Shown here: positions 54,980 through 64,000 of the stretch, piece after piece
How the letters are laid out: the number at the start of each line of letters is the position of its first letter
Numbering within the stretch: position 1 is the first letter of the stretch
Source: Blasia pusilla
Taxonomy: Eukaryota
Direction: 5' to 3'
NCBI GenBank assembly: GCA_050084515.1
Contig: CM114271.1
Span: 2,542,001-2,606,000 of the forward strand
Length of the DNA: 64,000 nt
Notes under the pieces: model-generated
What the model was told of the DNA's origin: nothing
Databases searched by the model: none
Seen by the model: the letters and a program-made list of their open reading frames with translations, nothing else
Made by a program: the position numbers and the translations under genes

Positions 54980-56720
54980 ATTTTATGGATGGGATTTTAG
55001 TCATGACCAAAGCTAAAGAACTATAGCAAAATATGAAGAAGTATTAGTAATAAGTACATATGGATAATGGAATATCAAACAGATGCCACTGCAAGTATTA
55101 TTTGCATTAAAAATGTATCATAGCAAGCACATAGATGTTAGAGCATTTCACATAGAAGAGACAAAACACAAGGGATGGGAATGTGGACATTTATCTTGCA
55201 AAGCTATGTGTGAAAGTGCCTCCTAATATGTACTATAACCTCCAAAATAAAACATTTATGGGAAATGGATAGTGAAGGGACGTGATATAATCAAGTGAAA
55301 TGAAAGAGATTATGCCATTTCATTTGAATTCATGGGAGACAAAAAATAGTGTTTGATTTGTATCTAATGTATACGAGGTTTTGGGCATGACACCAAAGGA
55401 TAATCACGAAGAATGTAAAGGATTTGTTTGGTCAACTTGATTGAGTAATAGCACTAGAAGAAGGCAAGCCAATTTGATAGGTTCTCTCATCCTCTAAGAA
55501 ATAGAAGTCGTAGATGTTTACATGAGGGAAAATGTTTCTATAAATATTGCATACCAATCAATATAGAACGGGAATATTCTTTCAACCAAAGAGTGTTGGG
55601 AATAATGAAGGTGAAGGATTATTAATGTCAAAGTTATAATTCATTACATATTATTCTACTAGCAAAAACCAAGGAAAATATGAAGGAAAATATTGACAAT
55701 ATATTGGAAAATCTATGCGTAGGCACCACTATCATCACTTATAGTTGAACCAAATTGAGGAACAAGTCTTTAATGAACATCATAATATCATTTCCATAAG
55801 GCGAGGTGATAATCAAGTCAATAGAAATAAATGGAGAACCATAATATTTAAAGGATTGGCTATTCACATAACAAGGGTGATTATGCACATAGGTCCAAAG
55901 AACGTGTTGCGACTCTAGCAATGAGCAAGAAAATTTATTCAAGTGAAGTTTTCCCATATAATTTGGGATGGATGTGTATCATATTCTCTTGATCTGGAAT
56001 TTAAAGAATACGGTAGTGAGCTTAAGTGGAGAGAATTTTGTTTGTAAGCTATCTGGATGATAGTATTCATGAAGACAAGAACTTGGATGTTGGAAAGATT
56101 CATGGAATCCAACCTATTCAACTTTGAAGAGAAGATTGTCGAATCCACCTAAGACACACTTTGCCATAAAATTTATAATATTGGGATGTGTCTTAGAATT
56201 AAGGGAGGCCATGGTGGCCATAAATTCGTTTAGAGAGTATTTTAATATGAGTGATACAAGAAGAAAGAAGAAGACATGAGAGATTGAGTCTTTTGTGACC
56301 AATCACAAATTTGGATAGAAGTAGGAGAATAGGATGGTGTGGCTCTATCAACAATTATTCTTTTGAGAGGATGTGATTGTCACAAATCAATGGCGAGATG
56401 CATATATTACTGTATATTGGAAGTATTAGAAGAGCCATATTGTTTTCTTGTAACTCCATGGCTTAGCTTGTTCTTGGGCTATGAAAAAAAAACCACGATG
56501 CCTTAAGGGAATACGGTTTTTCTATGACTCCATTCAGAGCTATGGAAATGATGTCAACTATTTATAAGCATTGGGCCCTCATCCACAATAAATTATATTC
56601 TATAAGATGCATTCTTGCCTGCAAATTTCTTTTGATAGAATTCGGAAGATGTCAATATGAATACCAAGTGCATGATCTTAATCTCACTTCTTCACTGATT
56701 AAAATAATATCAATTCTTTG
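54980..56720 (+). mobile_element. Decayed hAT transposase (DUF659-type)
   Basis: Ordered remnants GTTIITYS*TKLRNKSLMNI (cf. GCSIMSDGWTDxRxRxLIN), HIGPKNVL (cf. VGxxNVVQ) and HIIWDGCVSYSLDL (cf. HIFWTPCAAHCIDL); boundaries approximate. Confidence 0.7.
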
Positions 56721-59082
56721 AAATATCTTGAATATACCCTAATGGAGATGGATGTTTTGAAAGGCTAATAGTCCTTTCATGGTCCTTGAATTTAGATCAT
56801 AATAATGAGAATAAATACTTGGTTTTGTAGCTCGATCGTATCTAAATTATATTTCATGAAGCGTTACTCAAAATGAGTACGGATTCGTAGAGACACAAAA
56901 GCAAAGTGATGTCTTCAAAATAACTAAAATAACTCATCTGGTTTGCTGACATGGAAGGAAAGAAATAAGCCATGTTATCATGATTTCCACATCACTTATA
57001 GACCATGGGAAAACATGAAAACTCATCAAATGACATGTGCGAAATGATAAAATGCTTCTTTCTTTCACTTATTCATCATACCTACCATCTATCCTTTCTT
57101 CGTCCAATTTTCTCTATCCTCCCTTAGTCCATCCATACATTATTGAAATTTGTTTCTATCCATCATTTATGCTCCTTTTTTTCCGCTTGTTCAACCATCC
57201 TCAATTTGTCCTCAATCATCCTTCCATCCATCCTTTACTTGTTGTCTATCCATCATTCAATTATCCTCGATCCTTCCTTCCTCCATCCTTGTGCTTTCCA
57301 TCTATCTCTTATTTGTCCTCAAAACCTATTCAGGGTGTGATTTGAATATGAACAACGAGCCCCAAAGAGAATGTTTCTACCACTAATCCACTCTCCATTA
57401 CATTTTAAGTAATGACATATTAAAATACATCCATAAACATTCCATGTCCTTTTTTGGAATTTTTTTTGTTGAAATAAAGGCCCACATAGATGGATGAGGA
57501 TCTTAAGTAGTAAGAATGGAATGGCAGCAGTGAGAAGATAACATCACATAGCCCTTCTTTAGGTTTTCAATGGGGAAGGAGGTAAAGATGACCATGCTAA
57601 TATGTGCATAATATCCATAAGATCCTCGTAAAAAGCATCTAAACTCACATTATACTCACTAGGAAATTGGGAGTCTTGCAAATATTTTGCAACCACTCAA
57701 TAATTGAGATGGAAGTTCAAACCCTAGACTTGAAATACAATTGCTAGCACATGCAAAGGAGCATGTGCATATGTAAATATCTTATGAATGGTTTTTTTTT
57801 GTGTAAGAAAATGACCATAAAGACTAACAAAAAGATTTTTTGGAAAATTCTTTATGAATATTTTGAGGTTATTTAATGGGTGCTTTGCGACTCCCATCAC
57901 TAAAAATTTCTTCTTATTATGGTTGTGCATAAGAAATAAGAATCCACATATGCATTATAGTGAGAAAACCCCACTCCCTTCCCTTAACCCCCACTCCCTA
58001 AACCCAATCCTCGTTTTAAAATCCTCACCCCCTCCGTCTTATGGCAAAATGTCCTCCTCATTTTGTGGTAGAGTAGGAAAAATAAAATCCCTCCCTCCTT
58101 CTTATCATGAATATGTAAAATGACAAGAAGCTTTTAAATTATAAAATTTTCCTCATTTTCCATATTTCTTATGCTCTTCATCATAAAAACAAAAGCTACA
58201 CTATTCTGAAGGTATCCAAACTTAATGATTTATGAAATACATCCTTTTTCTTAGTTTCTAAAACCAGTTATACTCATATTTAGTTTCATTAGTTTACCTA
58301 AATTCTTTTCAATTTTTCGACCCACATCATTTGGAGAGATTATTTTTCTTGCATCTTAATTTCCCTCTATATTATTAACACAAGGTGAACTTACAAGAAG
58401 AATCTCCTTGGGATGACTGATGTCCTTTCAAGACATATACGTGGGTGACATGTGTCCATTTCAAGAAGTAAAGGTAGTGAAGGGGTAGTTGAGTTAAGAG
58501 ACGAGAAGAAGTACGAGGAGGGAAGGAAGGGTCCTTAGATGTTTAATTTCAGGCTTTTGAAGAGTAGAGGTCAAATTTATTTATTGCTTAGAATCTCTCT
58601 TTTATTAAAAAACTTTAAGGGGGATTTTATTTATATCATCAGATTTAATTCTTCATAAGTTTATAATTCCCTTAAAAATTTGACCAGTATTAGGATAAGG
58701 ATTTCCATTTCAAAATAAAAATTAGGAAACTTAAAAATCTTCAAAAAATCAAGAAGGTATATAGAGAGACACTTCTATAACTTATCACGCATTCTCATAT
58801 TTTTCATGATCTCTTTTTCATTTCGTCTTCAAGTTTTAAGAGATTTTTTATTTTTTCCTTTGATCAAATTTTAACATTTACCTTAAAAATGGGTAAATGT
58901 TAAAAGAGATAGGAAGTGGTCTTAGATAACTATTTGGAACTCCTCAAGAAATGGAAGAGGGGTGTTTACTATGGGATTTTTGGAAAAGTGGAATATGTAT
59001 AGAACGTGGAACCCATAAGTTCTTATTTGGAGCACGGGCATGAAACTAGTAGAGAAATGAAAACATTACATCAACTCAAAGT

Positions 59083-59125
59083 TAACTCCATTATAGCATA
59101 ACTCCATTATGCTATAATGGAGTTA
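59083..59125. repeat. Perfect 19-bp inverted repeat with 5-nt loop
   Basis: taactccattatagcataa-ctcca-ttatgctataatggagtta. Confidence 0.92.
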
Positions 59126-61998
59126 TGACAATTGTAATAACCCAAAGAAAAATAATTCACCATCTTAGTGAAGTGAAAAAAGAAAAGAAAAGAAAAGATC
59201 AAAATGAAAAAATTAACATATCATTCTACATGATAGCTTCTCATCCGATTCAAGGTTGCTATGAGTTGTTCTATTAGGTTCGCTCAAAGTTTGTATATAT
59301 AGTCGAGGGTCTATCCCAATAGATAGGAGTGATGACTATTGTTGTGGGTGGAAATGGCAAGCCAAAATGGCTTGTTGTTCGTTACTCATGGAAATAGACA
59401 CGAGTCTCTGTACCGTTTGTTTGGGAGTCTGAGAATGACCAAAGGGTTGATAACGAATAAGAACTCTCTAATATGTTGAACATACCTTGCGATATTAATT
59501 TCCATCCCATTTTAGGGTCCTTTGGTTGAGCTTTGTGAGGCCCTACTATCTACGTTCCATTCTTAAAAAACATTTCTACTAGTGATATTTGGTGTTCAAT
59601 AATGAGAGACCATTTTCCTTAACAAGAGTATCTACTTTCCATTAATCAAAGCTAATAACTAGGGATTTTACCTCCCCATAATTTTTGGAAATCCTTACTT
59701 ATTTTCATTCTAACTTCTAAAGATAAGAATAAGAAAATTTGCTTGTTTTAAAAGCAAATAAATCAGATCCAAATGCCATTCTTTCTTTCTTTCTTCTTAA
59801 GTGATTTTTCCTCATTACTCTAAATAAATTTAAGTTTTTGTAGGATGAAAGAATTAAGAAGAAGAAGCAAAGATAGTTATTAACAACTTCAGCACTTAAA
59901 TTCACCGTTTTCCGTTACTACTCCTTACTAACATGGAGGATGACACATGCCGATTGCCATGGGATGTGGAATATGCTTATGTATCTTCCTACTTAAAAAT
60001 AGAGACCCAAGAAAAAATACTAACAAATACATGAGTGTTGGTTAGTTATATATATATAAAAATTCCCCTCTAGGTTTTGATGTCTTCACACCATAAAAAG
60101 CACTCTAGCGATATCTCATTATTTATTTATTAACTTGCCCTGCCTTGTTTACCTTATGATATCAACGTTGAGCACTTTTTGAGTTAAGGGAAGAAATGCT
60201 AATCGGTGGTCTACCAAAACATCTCTATTTGTCATCGTACCATCGTTTGTAGGTCACACGGGCAAAACATGCAGTAATCAATTAGGAGGACAGAATAGAT
60301 GTTTTCCTAAGCATGACGAGCCTTAAAGGCATCAATAGTGAACATCATGTTGTTGTGCATGTGATCCACGTATAAGAAATCAAGGACCAAATGGACCTCC
60401 AATAATAACATGATAAACTTTGAGTCCATGCTCTCTAGATGTGATCTCGTGAGCTTCCCATGACAAGCCCATAAGAGTCAGCAAGTGCAAATCTCTAAAC
60501 CCTAAGTCACCCAAACTTTGGGTAAGTCGAGACGCTTTTGCTAAACTGATTTTTAGAAAAAGATCTTGCTAGTTTGGAAAGAGTAGTAAAATAAAAAAAA
60601 TAGTAGTTTTTATTTTGTGCTATATGTTAAGCTAGCCAAAGAATCGTCGAGAGTGATATGGATAGTTTTGATAGCATAGGAGATTCAAAATATGACGTGG
60701 CAAACTTGGGTTACACTCCCATTAGGGCAAGCGATCCTTTAAAGATGTTCACTTGTATCTTCCAAAATACGAAAGGAGTGGAAGTATTCACTCATTCCCT
60801 AAAAGGTGAAAAAGTCCTCTATATTTGGAGAGAATTCGCAATCTTTGGAACGCCGACAACTTACTAGAGTGTTTGAGAACACCCCCTTGAGGAGGAGCAC
60901 GTCCCAAAAGATAAGCAGCAAAAATAGATGAATATTATATTATCTTTAATTATTATCTCTGGATATGATTTCCAGAACCTGGAAAAATCCGTCAATCATG
61001 GATTGTTAATCATGCACATTTCGTGTAGCTTAAATAGCTATGGCTGCCAAAAACTAAACTCAACTCTACCCTACCCCTCCACCTCCTCTCTCACCAGCCT
61101 ATTCCATAGGTGGATATCATGAGGATGATGATGAAGAAGAGGAAAAAACAAAAAAAGAAGGAGAAGAATAGTCCTTTGCACTTGTCCATAGAGGCAGTCA
61201 CCTCCAGCTATAGGCCACATAACTTAAGCACCCACCGGATGGCAGTAGTAAGAAGCTAAGCTTGTCTAACTTTACCGACATGGTTAAAAAGATAGGGTCC
61301 TCTAAATTCGTCTACGGAGGAGAAGAAAGAAAGAAACTAACTCACCTCCTAAAAGGGAGAAAAACCATCCACCTATCTGGTCATTTGGGTCTAGATTTAG
61401 GGAGCAAATTGGAAGGCACTAGAAAAAGGCTAAGGGGGTCTAAATTTACCAGACTTAAGAGGATTGTCTCACGAGTACGGAGCCATGAAAGATATATTAA
61501 TCACAAACGGTTTTAATTTTTTGACTCATCCCACGAGTCAGAGCAGTAGCTACTATCTAAAAAAAGACACAAGTGAACAGAAAAGAAATGATCCGGTGTG
61601 AACGCCCACTACCGCCAAGAGAATCATGCTCCCTCCCACCTTTAGCTTGTGCGAAGTATTCCCTCTAGCTGCTACTGCTGCTTTCAGACACCGACTGTTC
61701 ACACGAGCGCAAGACGGCCATAACGAAGACCTTCGTACTTACTGCTAATCATTTCTTACTGGACTTCATCCAGATTTGCGTAATAATTAAATAGAAATAA
61801 GGGATTGTTTATTTATGTATTATATATGTTGATCGATTTTCTAGGGGTTGTAGCGGCACAACGGAACGGAGTCGTTGGATTAGCCATCGGGAGTCCTACG
61901 GCGCTTTCAGGAGGAGGAGGAATATCTTGGATATTAGATTAAAAACTGCGGTGTTAGTAAGTAAGTAAATAAAGGAGGACCGAGGCTTATTTGGCGGT

Positions 61999-62805
61999 CA
62001 CGTGGCAGCTACGTGGCAGGGGATGTGGTTGGGATTGTATCAGGCAGCGTCCCCTCCACCTTCCACGAAAGGGAAAATATGGGGATCATGCCAAGTCTAC
62101 AAGACGAATAGACGCGCGACAGCGCAACTTTTGAATTGATGAGTGGGCCCACCATCACCAGTTGTACTCCAAAGCAGCTTCAATTGTGCCACCGAGATGC
62201 GGAGGCCTCGACACGTGTAAACTCGAGGAAAGCACGCTACACACGTCAGAGACCTTCGACTCGTCTAGCAGTCTTGGGTCCAAGTCCACACTCCTGCCCT
62301 GGACTTTCAAGTCCATGCTGCCCTATCTAAAGTAGCGGGTGGCCTTCAATCCTGCCAACTTTGGCGGGAGCTGTTTACTGTAGGAGGTAAAACCCGGCCA
62401 TTTGTCAGCAGGCATGCAGTTTCACATTCCACAGGATAATGCGAGCTTTTATTGGGCGTGATGCTGACATGGTGAATCACCTATTTTTTGTGCAGGGGCA
62501 AGCCGTCTCTCAACGCTAAAGGACCCTAAAGGTAAAGGTTAGAAGAAAAGAAAAATAACCATTTGACTCATGCCTTTCCTTCCATCCATCCATGTAGAGT
62601 GTGGGATTGTGTTCATGGGACAATTTGATCTAGTTGTTTATTCTTGGGGAAAATGGCCACATGCCCCAAAATGGATGTGAAATTTCAACTTTTGTTTGAT
62701 ATTTGTTGCTAAAAGAATGACTTTGAGCGAAGTTGTTACGGCCCCTACAAGTTCTCTTCGTTTTTTTCCTCACCGTCTAGGCTATCCACGTGTCCTCCAC
62801 ACGTG
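61999..62805. promoter_or_regulatory. Cluster of G-box/ABRE-type motifs
   Basis: CACGTGGC (61999), TACGTGGC (62010), ACACGTGT (62211), CCACGTGTC (62786), CACGTG (62800) in a GC-richer island. Confidence 0.4.
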
Positions 62806-63299
62806 ATTATTTTTGTCTCCTCTCACCGATCTCAAAGGGCCGCACACTGGTTTTTCTATAGATTTGCATATGGTAATAACAATAAAGTGTTATTTTTATT
62901 TATTTACGGAGACAGATCATCTATATTACTATTAGGTCCGAAAGGGTCTTTCTAAAGGAGGAGAGTACAATTTCCCTCTTTGGGTGAAGGTTATCTTGTG
63001 GGAAAGTCCACCAGTAAATGACATGAGCAAATGATTCTATGTAAATGCCATATACTAACAAAATTGGGTTGTCACAAAGTCAATCTTGGTGGACGTGTAA
63101 GCAAATATTATACGTGATCCATATTAACCAAAGCAAGTGCATTGCACATGTGCTTGTTAGTTCTAGTATGTATAACGACGTGTGTGATGTAGATCGTGTT
63201 ATTTTGGAAGCAACAAAAGATGGAAGTGCAAAATCATGAAAGGAGATTTGAATATCATTATATTGATGGTCCTATGTATGCTACTTCCATGCCAGTGTT

Positions 63300-64000
63300 T
63301 CCCATTACCTTCACTTTTCAAATTTTCAAAAGACACAAACCAAAATGTTTAGCAAATGAGTGAATTATGAGTGTGTTCGGATGAAGGACTTTAATTGTCA
63401 ATCTAAAGTAGGTTGTGGACTTTGAGTTCAATGACTCTTTGAGGGCACAAATTTTTTGTTTGGCTTTGGATGAGTTCTCTCATCCACTTTTATTGTAGCT
63501 CTCCTTATTAGTCCAAAGGAAACCTCTTGCACAAAATATATAAGGTCCAAGCCACTCGACTACCCAACTATAAGGATAAGGCCTCTAGGGTCCTTTCCTC
63601 TTTCAATGTTTCGGTTTGATTTATTTACCATTACCATTTACTATAATCACTCATGGAATGATCCTCATAGGCTTCGTATTGGACCTCATAAAGTGGGAGA
63701 CGTGATCCCCAATAATAGTCAATGTCAAACCCTTTGGAGTGGAATTGTGTACATGCAAAAATAATACACAAGAGAAGATGTGCTCTTACTAGCTTGTCAT
63801 AGTGGGCCAAGGAAACCATGAAAATTTGACCCCCTAGAGGAATCAAAAGGAGTGGAGTTGTTACATGAAAACACCATGGAGTGTAATCACTTCAAGATGA
63901 GCGAGACTCGAACAACAAAAAGATGCATTAGTGCACCCATCCATTGCTTCCCACCTATAAATTATTTGTGTGTCTCATTTGGGGGGTCATAGACATGTAT
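63300..64000 (-). mobile_element. Decayed LINE ORF2 (endonuclease end) fragment
   Basis: Minus strand GVKFSWF (cf. GxxFTW), then RKGP*RPYPYSWVVEWL (cf. GPxPFxFxxxWL); frameshifted. Confidence 0.4.

Overview
Land-plant nuclear DNA, probably a bryophyte such as a liverwort, though the species cannot be fixed from sequence alone. The only intact protein-coding gene is the 3' half of a plasma-membrane P3A H+-ATPase (8 exons, 217-2677, +, ending ...QQAYTV). The remaining ~61 kb has no recognisable host CDS. It is mostly AT-rich, decayed transposon DNA: an old minus-strand Ty1/copia element, a second copia end, CACTA and hAT (DUF659-type) transposase relics, LINE fragments, short Helitron-like elements and a plastid-type tRNA-Gln fragment. 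A ~300-bp hAT-type MITE family with 8-bp target-site duplications occurs at five loci, and at 29.8-30.55 kb it has inserted into itself twice at the same internal 8-mer in alternating orientation. Several GC/CpG-rich ORF-less islands (largest 20.8-26.5 kb) and isolated hairpins are unexplained and are the best candidates for regulatory or non-coding function. I found no clearly novel multi-gene system.
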